Positions 9,509 through 18,790 of a stretch of DNA of 50,831 nt are shown one piece after another. The stretch is from Armatimonadota bacterium (GTDB lineage Bacteria; Armatimonadota; Fimbriimonadia; Fimbriimonadales; Fimbriimonadaceae): NCBI GenBank assembly GCA_031400935.1, contig JANNQV010000014.1, positions 1 to 50,831 on the forward strand, in the 5' to 3' direction. The first letter of the stretch is position 1; each line of letters opens with the position of its first letter. The position numbers and the translations under genes were made by a program. The notes beneath the pieces are model-generated. The model searched no databases and was not told the origin of the DNA. It worked only from the letters and a program-made list of their open reading frames with translations.

Positions 9509-10264
9509 TCACTTAAGGCACTTGGAAAGAGCAAACGCCGCCAAAAATCCGGCGACAGTCACCAGCCCTGCCATGTCGTGAGCTTCTTCAAAGGCCTCTG
9601 GGATCATGGTGTCGGCGATCATGGCAAGAATCGCGCCTGCTGCCACGGCGGTTGTCCCTGCGACAACGTCAGGCGATGCATTTCGAAACGCAAGAAACCC
9701 AACAATCGCCGAAATTCCGGAAACCAGCGCGATAGCACTCCACAGCCCCATCACGTAAGCAAAACTTCGTTCCGCCCTTTTCATTCCTGTTGCACTCGCC
9801 AGCCCTTCGGGAAGGTTCGACATAAAGATCGCCACAACCGCAACCCAGCTTACTGCGCCGCCTGTTACCAAACTCAAACCAATGACAATTGACTCTGGTA
9901 TTCCATCTAGCAAGGCACCGAGGGCAATCGCCATTCCGCTGCCTTCGTCTTCGCCTTCTGTTGGTTGGTGTTCCCCTGAACGTTTTCGGTGCTTTGCGCC
10001 TTGACGAGCCAAAATCAGGTTTGCAACGGTGAAAATTCCTGCGCCAGCGACAAACCCGATTGCAGTGCCAACAATTCCGCCATGCTCAAATGCTTCTTCC
10101 ATCAGCTCGAATGAAAGCGCAGAAATCAGTACACCGCTGCCAAAAGCCATAATCAGGGCCACCAGTTTTCGCGGCACATTCAGGCGAAAACCGATGACCG
10201 CACCGATCACAAGTGCGCTACCCGAAAGTAATCCCCATAAGCCCGCTTCAATCCATCTTGGCAT
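9509..10264 (-). CDS. ZIP family divalent metal transporter (ZupT-like)
   Basis: MAFGSGVLISALSFEL, LLDGIPES and SNLPEG motifs; about 8 TM helices. Confidence 0.9.
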   Translation of the reverse strand: MPRWIEAGLWGLLSGSALVIGAVIGFRLNVPRKLVALIMAFGSGVLISALSFELMEEAFEHGGIVGTAIGFVAGAGIFTVANLILARQGAKHRKRSGEHQPTEGEDEGSGMAIALGALLDGIPESIVIGLSLVTGGAVSWVAVVAIFMSNLPEGLASATGMKRAERSFAYVMGLWSAIALVSGISAIVGFLAFRNASPDVVAGTTAVAAGAILAMIADTMIPEAFEEAHDMAGLVTVAGFLAAFALSKCLK

Positions 10265-10300
10265 TGTTAAGTATAGGACACTCTTCTGGCGTGAAAAGAG

Positions 10301-10329
10301 TTGACCTTTTGAACCAATTGTTGTAGGAT
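10301..10329 (+). promoter_or_regulatory. Sigma70-type promoter (leaderless) for the 10337 gene
   Basis: TTGACC-17 nt-TAGGAT, with ATG 7 nt downstream. Confidence 0.65.
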
Positions 10330-10336
10330 GTAATTT

Positions 10337-10627
10337 ATGGATGGTTCAAAAATTCGTTCTGGAATCGGATGGACAGTTGCTCTTTGCGCCGCCATCGCCA
10401 TCATGGTGGTCCCAATGTTTGCTCCAAGTGCTGCCTCTGATTCGATACGAGATGGCCGAGCCGAGGGATCTCATTCCATTCTCTGGTTTTGCGGCTTGGT
10501 ATCAACTATTCTCATATTCCTATCGGGGCAAAGAAACGATTGGCCCGCATCTGGCAGGGCACTTGCCTTGGTTTCCGGATTTCTCTTTGGCCTTGGTGGC
10601 TTTGGCTGGGCATTGGGCTGGTTCTGA
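10337..10627 (+). CDS. Hypothetical small membrane protein (3 TM)
   Basis: Promoter directly upstream; hydrophobic helices; stop overlaps the next start (TGATG). Confidence 0.7.
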   Translation: MDGSKIRSGIGWTVALCAAIAIMVVPMFAPSAASDSIRDGRAEGSHSILWFCGLVSTILIFLSGQRNDWPASGRALALVSGFLFGLGGFGWALGWF

Positions 10628-11031
10628 TGGATATTCGGCAAGCTGTCGCACCCATTGATCAGATTCTCGAAAAGCCTCGGCAGGTTCTCGACGATGCGGT
10701 TCGATCCCAATTAGAACAAATTGGAAGTTCCCTCCGAAATGACAAGAAATGGCAAATCCTACTGACTGTGGCAACCATAATCATCCTTAGCTACGAAGCC
10801 TGGTCACTCTCGCCATTTGGGCCGGGTAAAGGAGACACCTATTCTGAAAAGGCTCGTTTGATTGCGGACCAGCATATTTGGATTTATTCAATCGGCGGCG
10901 GCTTCGTTGGGCTATTTTTGATGATTCTGTTGACAGGCGGTGAACTGAGGCCTTGGATTCGTCTTTGCCTGATCGGATGGATCGCGACCTTCGCGCATAT
11001 CTTTTGGTGGTTCACCTGGCCAATAAAATAG
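10627..11031 (+). CDS. Hypothetical membrane protein
   Basis: Translationally coupled ATG at 10627 (MDIRQAVAP...), in the frame of track ORF 10489..11031; three TM segments. Confidence 0.65.
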   Translation: MDIRQAVAPIDQILEKPRQVLDDAVRSQLEQIGSSLRNDKKWQILLTVATIIILSYEAWSLSPFGPGKGDTYSEKARLIADQHIWIYSIGGGFVGLFLMILLTGGELRPWIRLCLIGWIATFAHIFWWFTWPIK

Positions 11032-11046
11032 TCTGCCAACTATCAG

Positions 11047-12327
11047 CTAGGCCGCAAACCGACTTTGAGACTTGTTTCGATTCCGGAACCACTCAATTGC
11101 TTCGTCAAGCGCTATGGGGGGCGAGTACAAATATCCTTGAACTAAGTTGCATCCAAGTCTTCGCAGAGTGTCCTCTTGATGTTTGGTTTCTACACCTTCC
11201 ACGATGCAATTCTTTCCCAGTCCAATTGCAACGTCAATGACCGATTTGACGATAGGAATTGTGCAACTACTTGAATGCAAACCGGCACAAAAAAGTCTGT
11301 CAACTTTGAGCGTTTCGAAGACTTTGCTGGCAAGCCCAAGAAGATTCGAATATCCGCTACCAAAGTCGTCGAGCAATATGTGAAATCCGAGGTCCCGAAG
11401 GTTTGCAATCACGGTCTCTGATTCCGATCCAGTCTCAAGAATTCTGCTTTCTGTTATCTCAAGGCCGATAGAACTGGCCTGGATGCCATTCACTATTAAC
11501 ATATACGCAAGTGCATCATCAAATCCTGGTTTCAATTGAAGTGGGGACACATTAACTGAAATTCTTATGGTTTCGTTGGTGGCACTTTCAAGCTCTTTGG
11601 AACACGCCATGGCTTCGCGAAGAACCCAATTTCCTAAATCGCAAATCAGTCCAGAATCTTCAGCAACTCGGATGAATTCGTCTGGGCGTGATACAGGTTT
11701 ACCGTCTCGCTCCCATCTGCAAAGTGCCTCGAACGCCCAAATTTCACCAGTAGCAAGGTTTAAGATTGGCTGAAAAGCTAAGCTTAGCTCTTCATTCACG
11801 ATTGCTCTTTCAAGTTGGCTAGCCAATTTCCTATCAGTTCGAACTTGATTGCTCGTTCTTGCGACAACTGATTGAACAATTTGCTGTACCTCATCAGGTG
11901 CAAACGGTTTGTGAAGAATCAAGAAATTGGATTTCATTCCAAGTTCCCGAACTATGTCGTCGAACGAATGATCTGAGTACGCCGTACACAGCACCACAAA
12001 CTGGTCTGGAACGATCCTCCAAATTTCCTTCATTGTCTGCAGTCCGTCCCAACCTGGCGGCATTCGCATATCAACAAAGACAACATCGTAAGGCTCAGTT
12101 AGCTTGGCTTGACGAATCTTTTCTAAGCCTTCATCTCCCTGCATTGCCGTGTCAACAATGCAATTTAGCCTGGCACTGACATCTTCAGTAAGCTTCTCGC
12201 CAAAGAGCGCGTCTTCCATGCCAGACATATCTTCCGGCTGAGGTTTAGACACAAGTACCTTAACGTAATCATCCAAGACACCCTTGTTATCGTCAATAGC
12301 GAGGATTCGAATTTGAGTGGTGCTCAA
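11047..12327 (-). CDS. Response regulator with EAL c-di-GMP phosphodiesterase domain (REC-EAL)
   Basis: REC: IDD, DMRMPPGWDG, KPF. EAL: FEALCRW, SVNVS, LEITES, LDDFGSGYS, LKVDR, VEGVET, QGY. Confidence 0.93.
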   Translation of the reverse strand: MSTTQIRILAIDDNKGVLDDYVKVLVSKPQPEDMSGMEDALFGEKLTEDVSARLNCIVDTAMQGDEGLEKIRQAKLTEPYDVVFVDMRMPPGWDGLQTMKEIWRIVPDQFVVLCTAYSDHSFDDIVRELGMKSNFLILHKPFAPDEVQQIVQSVVARTSNQVRTDRKLASQLERAIVNEELSLAFQPILNLATGEIWAFEALCRWERDGKPVSRPDEFIRVAEDSGLICDLGNWVLREAMACSKELESATNETIRISVNVSPLQLKPGFDDALAYMLIVNGIQASSIGLEITESRILETGSESETVIANLRDLGFHILLDDFGSGYSNLLGLASKVFETLKVDRLFCAGLHSSSCTIPIVKSVIDVAIGLGKNCIVEGVETKHQEDTLRRLGCNLVQGYLYSPPIALDEAIEWFRNRNKSQSRFAA

Positions 12328-14231
12328 GCCGCCACCTCGCCCTCGAGGCTTTCTCTGCCAGTCAAGATAAATTTCGCTCCCTTATCAAGACCATCGCTTT
12401 CTGCACGAATTGACCACCCCATCTCCGCTAGCGCATTCGCGCAATAGTGCAATCCGTATCCAATACCCGATTTCTTGGTCGAGAATCCCTGTTGAAAAAT
12501 CTGTGTCAGTTTTTCTGATTCAATTCCTCTTCCATTGTCCTGGAAGACAATCTCAGGCAGTCCGGTAGCAGTGTAGCCAGCAGAAATTTTTATCAACTTG
12601 TTTTCTGTGGTCGCGTCGTTAAATGCTTCCTTGCCATTTGTCAGGATGTTTACCAGTACTTGGAGGAGCTTCAATGGATCGCCGAGACAAACAAACTCGG
12701 TCCCAACGTGAAATTCTGTCTTTATGCCATTGCGCTCAAACGCTCTGTGAACGATTTGAATTGCATCTCGAATGATCTTGTCTAACTGCATTGGAATTTC
12801 CTGATTAGGTTTTGTAGCGAAAATATGTTGTCCCTGAACAACGTCGCCTAGGTGCTTCGTAAGGGAGCATAAATCATCAACCTCGGCATCAAATTCGTCA
12901 TGTTCTCTTTCCAATGCCGCCGAAAGTTTTGTTAAATATGGCAACACTTGAACGCCTTTCGCATTATTTTGAAGGAACTCTCCAAGATCTGAATCATTTT
13001 CCTTCATTAGGCTCACGGTTTTCCCTAGCCCAGAAATTTTTGATTGGTTAAGCATCAGTTTCAATTGATTAACGGAAACCGTTACCGAGTTGAGGACATT
13101 GCCCGCATTGTGAAGAACGCCCCGAGCCACTTCAGCCATTCCAGCTTCGCGCGATGCATGCATCAATCGCGTTTGAGTCGTCGAAAGCCTTTGTAGCGCC
13201 TCTTGAAAATGCCGCGAAAGAACTCCGATTTCGTCATTCCGATTGACGAAGCCACTCCCAACATCTACGGCTTGATCATTTCCGATTTCCGAAAGTCGAG
13301 TCGTAAGACGAAATAGCGGTGCGGCGACTATCCAGTGTACTAACAGCAGGCCGAAAGCTGCAGCAAGAACTGCAATGTAGGCAACGAACCGAACTACTTC
13401 ATCAACTGTTGCGATTCCATCTCGCAGAATGTCTGGATCCGTTTGGCTTCGTACGACAAATTGACTCGGACCGCTTGTGCTTCTTATTGGCCCGTAGCAA
13501 TTGATATCATCGTCTGTATCTGGCCGAGATCGAAAAGTGCCTCCTAAGTGCTTCACGGAAGAAATGGGATTGGTATCTGAGCCAGCCAGAACAGATTCGG
13601 TTGTTTCGAGAGCGAAAGGAACTGAGACAGCTTCACTAAGTCCCTTCAAAGAAAGAGGAAGCAAAAATCGTCCCATGAATATGGCGCCCATAGTTGCCCG
13701 GCTTTCGTTACTGTCAACGATCGGGCGGCCAAAAACAAGCGTTGGAATTCCTTCAATCGAATCAAGACCTGAAACAGTTGCGTTGGAATCTATTCCAGGT
13801 CCCGGTTTGCTATCGGTTCCAAGGGTTAGTCCGACGGGGTCGAAGCCTTTCAATTGGTTTACAATTTTGCCATTCGGCAATCGCGCTGATCCGTGAATCA
13901 CTCTCCCCTTAGAATCAACAATGTAAATGAAATCCATATGGCTTGTGTCATAGATTCCTTTCGAAAGGTTTACCCGTCGGAAGTTCTCATTCTTGCCTTG
14001 AACGAAATGATATGTATCATCCCAACTGCCCCAGTCTTGAGTCTGCCTTCCGATAGCGGCGATCTCAGTCGCTATTGCTTCGCGGCTTCTTGACAAGTTA
14101 CGCTTTGCCATCTTATATTGAAGCTCTCGAAAGTTATCAATGAGGACGGGCCGCTGGAATGCGATAAACATTCCAACTACTGTTACGGTGATTCCGAACA
14201 AAGCCAGCGCGATTTTCTGCCCAATCTTCAT
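12324..14231 (-). CDS. CHASE4-HAMP sensor histidine kinase
   Basis: DWGSWDDTY CHASE4 motif, two TMs, HAMP (NDEIGVL), H-box VLHNAGNVLN, N-box NILTNG, DNGRGI and GIGYGL G-boxes; 4-bp overlap with the REC-EAL gene. Confidence 0.92.
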   Translation of the reverse strand: MKIGQKIALALFGITVTVVGMFIAFQRPVLIDNFRELQYKMAKRNLSRSREAIATEIAAIGRQTQDWGSWDDTYHFVQGKNENFRRVNLSKGIYDTSHMDFIYIVDSKGRVIHGSARLPNGKIVNQLKGFDPVGLTLGTDSKPGPGIDSNATVSGLDSIEGIPTLVFGRPIVDSNESRATMGAIFMGRFLLPLSLKGLSEAVSVPFALETTESVLAGSDTNPISSVKHLGGTFRSRPDTDDDINCYGPIRSTSGPSQFVVRSQTDPDILRDGIATVDEVVRFVAYIAVLAAAFGLLLVHWIVAAPLFRLTTRLSEIGNDQAVDVGSGFVNRNDEIGVLSRHFQEALQRLSTTQTRLMHASREAGMAEVARGVLHNAGNVLNSVTVSVNQLKLMLNQSKISGLGKTVSLMKENDSDLGEFLQNNAKGVQVLPYLTKLSAALEREHDEFDAEVDDLCSLTKHLGDVVQGQHIFATKPNQEIPMQLDKIIRDAIQIVHRAFERNGIKTEFHVGTEFVCLGDPLKLLQVLVNILTNGKEAFNDATTENKLIKISAGYTATGLPEIVFQDNGRGIESEKLTQIFQQGFSTKKSGIGYGLHYCANALAEMGWSIRAESDGLDKGAKFILTGRESLEGEVAA

Positions 14232-14435
14232 GAATAACTTATAGTTATTTCGGAACTTAAATTTTCAGAAATTAGGCTAAACGGCAGTAATGCGTGAATT
14301 TCTCAATCGAAACACAATTCCGCAAGCGTTTCACGACTTTTCCGGCACAAATAGGATTGGTGAGACACGCAGGAATATTTTCCAAATTCAAGAAGTACAG
14401 CTGACTTAATTTCTATTCCAAGTCTATTGCTGCTC

Positions 14436-14984
14436 TTAGCTCTTGCGAATCAAATCCGCAAATGCTACTAGTTGCTTTTGAATATTAGCAATCGTGATTT
14501 CATCTGTCAAATTCCCAGCAGAGTCAAACTTGGTTTGTGCCGAAGAAACAAAGACTTCAGGATGATAAAGCTGAATGGCAGGGAAAAAGCCAAATACTTG
14601 TCGAAGGTGATATTGGGCACGCGAACCACCCATATATCCTGGAGAGGCACTTTGCAAAGCAACGGGCTTGTTTACCCAATGGTTCGATCCATAAGGCCTT
14701 GATGCCCAATCAATTGCCGATTTGGTCACAGAACTGTAGGAGAAATTGTATTCTGGCGTAACAATAATGACCCCATCTGCGGCCGAGATTTTCTCCTTAA
14801 GCTCCCTGACTACATGTGGCGGGTCGGTTTCCAAATCTTGGTTGAAATTTGGCAGCCCATCAAGCCGAAAATGCTCAATTGCCATTCCTTCTGGAGCGAG
14901 ACGAACATTGCTTTCTGCAAGGAGACGATTGACTGATTCTTTACGAAGTGAACCGGCAAAAACGAGGACATTTAACTTTTTCAT
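14436..14984 (-). CDS. NADPH-dependent FMN reductase (ChrR/SsuE family)
   Basis: GSLRKES, TPEYN, KSAIDWASRP and GGSRAQYHLRQ motifs. Confidence 0.92.
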   Translation of the reverse strand: MKKLNVLVFAGSLRKESVNRLLAESNVRLAPEGMAIEHFRLDGLPNFNQDLETDPPHVVRELKEKISAADGVIIVTPEYNFSYSSVTKSAIDWASRPYGSNHWVNKPVALQSASPGYMGGSRAQYHLRQVFGFFPAIQLYHPEVFVSSAQTKFDSAGNLTDEITIANIQKQLVAFADLIRKS

Positions 14985-15321
14985 TTTCTTTGATCTCGAA
15001 CGCATAAGTGACGTTGCGAGACTGCGGTTCCAAATTCAAAGAAAAAAGACCTGGAATCCGATGACGGTATTCCTAGCGCACTCCCAAAAACCAGCGCCGC
15101 CAAACTCAGGATTGCATTATTTTAGTGTGCTAGAAAGGAAAAGATTGCTTACATTGGGGTCAATGTCGCCTTGCACATGCTTCGGTTCGCTTCAACTATC
15201 AGGATTCAGACAGCGTCTACAATTCGGCATTGCCGGTTCCAGGAGTCGAGCAAGGTTTCAGTAACATTCGTGGCTCAAATTCTACCGCTACATTTCCACA
15301 ATTCTGGATTATTAGTCGAAA

Positions 15322-16611
15322 CTACGGCACCTTCGGCTTCTCGCCCTTTGGCTTGTGCTCAACTTGAAACATCTCGAAAAGCAACATCTCGTCTTTCGAA
15401 GACTCTCCCGCCTCAACCACCCTTGACGGCGAGTGTGGATTGCGCGGATTACTTTTACTGTTATCGTAGGTTCCGGTCACGTAAATCTTCGAACCCTTGG
15501 GCACTCGCATTGGAGTCTTCAAATAATAGAGCAACTGCCAATCCGGATCCCATTCGTCAATGGCCACCAGTGGCTTTGAATATCCACCTGGGAACTTCAC
15601 CCACGCCTTGAAGGTCATTCCCAGATAGTGCATATGCGGCCAAACCGAATAGATAGTTGTGTCATGCTCCGACTTCTCACCAATCGCGAAAAAGCGAGCA
15701 TTGCTTTGCTCAGGTTGCAAGTAAATATCGCCGGTTGAAATCACATTAACGGACAACTCATCCTTGGGCGTCTCGTCCTGAAGATAAAGGGCAACTTGTG
15801 GCTGCTCCATTTCAGGCTTGCCCTTTGGCTTGTAGTGGATGTCAAGCAAGAAGCAGTCTCCTGGCTTGATCAGGAACGCGGTATCTTGCGGCGCAACGAA
15901 GGGAGACGAGCCAGTTGACCAAAAGCCTAACATATTGTAGGTTTTGATGTCTTCGACGGTCTTTTGCTTCCAACTATGGTCGTCGAAGTCATATTTGATT
16001 TTTCGTAACTTCTCCGCCTCTTCTTTGGTAATGAGTGAAGGGATGATGTGGTGGACTGTGCCTTGTTCTTTGGGAAGGAAGTCGATCGCTCGTACCCATG
16101 TCGGCTTCGTAATATGAGGATCAATCAGATAATCCCGGAAGAAGTCTTTGCCCTCCGCAGGGACGAGCGTCGGAAGTTCCGGAGCCAATATGAGATCTGG
16201 TTCGCCGACCCTCCACCCAGGAATGAATAGTGGCGGGGCTGGTGTCTCCTTTGGATTCCCTTCTGGCGTTCCAGTATTTGCCCAACGCTTTAGAATCTGC
16301 TTCTCATTTGGAGTCAATGCCTGAACTTCTTTGAACTCGCCAAAATTTGCTTTTGCCTTCCATGGCGGCATGAAGCCGCGCTCAGTAACGGCTGCAATGG
16401 TGAGCGCCCATTTTCGAGCATTCGTGTAGCCTACTAGCGAAAATGGGGCGATTTTGCTTTCGCTATGGCAGGAGATGCACCGTTTGTAGAGTATGGGGGC
16501 GACATCTTTGGAAAACGTAGGCTTCGGCGGGGTCACTTGTGGATGACCGCCGAATCCAACTACGACAGCTAAAGTTGGGATCACTAGTAGAGAAATACGC
16601 CACATTATCAT
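15322..16611 (-). CDS. Exported c-type heme (CxxCH) / copper type II monooxygenase-like protein
   Basis: CISCH heme motif, MPPW, VHHII, LDIHY, PHMHYLG and DEM copper-ligand motifs of the PHM/DBH fold. Confidence 0.8.
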   Translation of the reverse strand: MIMWRISLLVIPTLAVVVGFGGHPQVTPPKPTFSKDVAPILYKRCISCHSESKIAPFSLVGYTNARKWALTIAAVTERGFMPPWKAKANFGEFKEVQALTPNEKQILKRWANTGTPEGNPKETPAPPLFIPGWRVGEPDLILAPELPTLVPAEGKDFFRDYLIDPHITKPTWVRAIDFLPKEQGTVHHIIPSLITKEEAEKLRKIKYDFDDHSWKQKTVEDIKTYNMLGFWSTGSSPFVAPQDTAFLIKPGDCFLLDIHYKPKGKPEMEQPQVALYLQDETPKDELSVNVISTGDIYLQPEQSNARFFAIGEKSEHDTTIYSVWPHMHYLGMTFKAWVKFPGGYSKPLVAIDEWDPDWQLLYYLKTPMRVPKGSKIYVTGTYDNSKSNPRNPHSPSRVVEAGESSKDEMLLFEMFQVEHKPKGEKPKVP

Positions 16612-16789
16612 CAGTTCGACAGATTATGAGCTATTGTCTTTTCCGCATGTGACAAAAAGTGGATTGAGACAGTCGAAACAACGACTTCTGAAGGGCTCCG
16701 CCGAGCAATCGTTTCTGTCTCTTGCCGTCAGCACATACAATTTTTTGTGGATTCAATTATGATGCGCGTATGGAACAGTACACTTCGTT

Positions 16790-17983
16790 TCATGCCGATG
16801 TGGATTCTAGGGCCCGTGATACATTTCTCACCTTGGGGTTGATGTTCTCTGTTACAGTCATCCGAGTTGCCGAACAGTACATCATGAATTCTTTCATAGT
16901 CCGTTTCAATTCATCATAGAATTCCTTGCCTACCTCCGTGGATTCAAAGTGCCACTCTCTCACTTCCAAGACTCCGTTGCGGCAATAGAATTCAACTCGA
17001 GCCACAAGTTCATTTCCAAACAAAACTGGCAACACATAGTATCCCCATTTCCGCTTAGCCACAGGCGTATAAATCTCCCAAATGTAGTCAAAGTCAAAGA
17101 CGTGCTTGATCATCTTTCGATCCCACACGAATTGGTCAAGCGCTGCGACGAAAATAACCCGGGACTCTAGCGATGGCTTGTCTAGAAGTGAAAGAAATTC
17201 CGGTGTTGCATGTGCCTTAACGCCCTCTACTTCTACCGGCACGATTTCACCTCTTTGAACTAGTTCGGTCATCGCTTCTATTTTGCCGTATGACAAAACC
17301 TCTAACGACCAAATTTCGGGTGGAGCCGACGGTCTAACAATGCCCATTGACCGGTGCCGTTCCAATACTAACTCGCGCACTGCCACTCTGTCATCTAGAA
17401 TTGGCTGGCTGAATAGATGGCTTGGAACTACGCGCTCCGTCAAGTCATAGATGTGCTGGCCGTTTTTGCGCCCTGCAGTCATGATTTGCCCGGAATGCCA
17501 AAGCGCCTTGAGAATATTCTTGGTAACGCTTGGGCCGAACCAACTTCCCTTCCATTCTTCGCGCCGCTGTTGAAAATTGAATTCTCTCGGCAATAGCGGC
17601 CCTCTATCTATGATTTCTTTCAAAATCAGATCTGCGGCTTCTCTGTGATCTTTGAATATCTTTTCTTCGAACCAGCGACGGTGTACAGTGTAGAAGATTC
17701 GTCGCAGAGGCCAACCTTCAAATGGCACAAGTGAGGCCATCTTGTCCCATCCATCGTAAATGTGCCGATCCTCATAAGCGAGCTTCTGCCAGTCGCCAAT
17801 TTTGTAGAGTGAGACACGGGCTTGCAAAACTAGGTCATGGTTGCAGCCGACAGGCGCTATGGGGTCGAATTGGATGCTCCGAAGCCGGTCGAAGACGTCC
17901 ATCTGCGAAGCGCAAGGCGTGAAATGATGCCGAACCATCGCCTTCCTGACATCGAATTTAGATAGTTTGACGGGAAATGACAC
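16790..17983 (-). CDS. YcaQ/AlkZ-family (HTH_42) DNA glycosylase, crosslink repair
   Basis: IQFDPI QxD motif, YDLTERV, DQFVWDR, FDFDYIWEIYTPVAKRKWGYYVLPVL. Confidence 0.9.
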   Translation of the reverse strand: MSFPVKLSKFDVRKAMVRHHFTPCASQMDVFDRLRSIQFDPIAPVGCNHDLVLQARVSLYKIGDWQKLAYEDRHIYDGWDKMASLVPFEGWPLRRIFYTVHRRWFEEKIFKDHREAADLILKEIIDRGPLLPREFNFQQRREEWKGSWFGPSVTKNILKALWHSGQIMTAGRKNGQHIYDLTERVVPSHLFSQPILDDRVAVRELVLERHRSMGIVRPSAPPEIWSLEVLSYGKIEAMTELVQRGEIVPVEVEGVKAHATPEFLSLLDKPSLESRVIFVAALDQFVWDRKMIKHVFDFDYIWEIYTPVAKRKWGYYVLPVLFGNELVARVEFYCRNGVLEVREWHFESTEVGKEFYDELKRTMKEFMMYCSATRMTVTENINPKVRNVSRALESTSA

Positions 17984-18082
17984 GGCACATTTTATCTTGA
18001 TCTGCCCAGAAAATGAGGTAGTGAAGTGATGACGCGAAGCGGACGCGCTTTGAACTCTTTGCGAGAATGGTAGTCTCTCGTC

Positions 18083-18604
18083 ATGTGGCTGAACGACTGC
18101 ATTATCAAGGATCCGTCACAGCTGGAACTTCTCATCTTCGGCTCTGAGGCGGCATATAGCGCGGCAAAGCTGGATAGGGATCGTAATTCTCAGGCCATCC
18201 TTGATATCGGCCCAACATTCACGATCGCTGAGGAGTTGTTCGAAGTTCTTGACAGTGATCAGTGCAAGAGCATAATCGCGTCTCTGGGTGCGGGCATTGT
18301 GTTCCCTGGCCGTGAAGTTGAAGGCGGGAGCTTCAACATTGCGAACCTTAGGTACCACAAGGTCATTATCGTTTCAGAGATGTGCGAAGCTGGCCGAGAC
18401 TTTCGCATCGAAGTTTTGCGATTTTTTTTCACCTATATGCGCCCACTCATTGTGTACGGCCACATTTTCGTTCTCGAGAGGTCTCTTGAGCAAGGGTTCA
18501 CCCAGCAAGAGTTTGTCGAACATGTCCTCGATCCGGTAACTCGACGCTTGAGAGTCATCGAAGGTGCGGACACTTTGGAAGCCGTCCTTTCAAGGCTCGA
18601 CTAG
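18083..18604 (+). CDS. Stand-alone degenerate GyrB/ParE TOPRIM plus C-terminal tail homolog
   Basis: LNDC..KDP..LELLI, DRDRNSQAIL, IIASLGAGI, FNIANLRYHKVII, FFFTYMRPLIVYGHIF and LDPVTRRL align by eye to the GyrB C-terminal half; catalytic EGDSA and DxDxDG motifs are replaced. Confidence 0.85.
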   Translation: MWLNDCIIKDPSQLELLIFGSEAAYSAAKLDRDRNSQAILDIGPTFTIAEELFEVLDSDQCKSIIASLGAGIVFPGREVEGGSFNIANLRYHKVIIVSEMCEAGRDFRIEVLRFFFTYMRPLIVYGHIFVLERSLEQGFTQQEFVEHVLDPVTRRLRVIEGADTLEAVLSRLD

Positions 18605-18617
18605 CTTCGGAAACAAA

Positions 18618-18694
18618 TGGTACTCCCGACGGGATTCGAACCCGCGATCTTCGCCGTGAGAGGGCGATGTCCTAAACCGCTAGACGACGGGAGC
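18618..18694 (-). tRNA. tRNA-Glu (CTC)
   Basis: GCTCCCGTCGTCTAGCGGTTTAGGACATCGCCCTCTCACGGCGAAGATCGCGGGTTCGAATCCCGTCGGGAGTACCA; cloverleaf, anticodon CTC, encoded CCA. Confidence 0.97.
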
Positions 18695-18736
18695 ACACGT
18701 GGAGTGAAAAAGGTACCTGATTTGGAGGGCACGTCC

Positions 18737-18790
18737 GCAAGTGGTTGGCAGGTAGTTGGCAAGTTGCAGACAACTTACAAACGGCTCTAC
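18737..18790. repeat. 11-bp-period repeat (GCAAGTAGTTG-like)
   Basis: gcaagtggttg gcaggtagttg gcaagttgcag; same family as 22482-22520, 22632-22680 and 23811-23832. Confidence 0.7.

Noticed and set aside
14990..15320. Possible small gene or structured RNA in the 330-bp gap (minus frame reads AILSLAALVFGSALG)
   Set aside because: No start codon before the upstream in-frame stop and no recognisable RNA motif; at most a gene remnant.
15000..18694. Integrated element or prophage at tRNA-Glu
   Set aside because: No integrase and no duplicated tRNA 3' end found by eye; kept only as a weak islet hypothesis.
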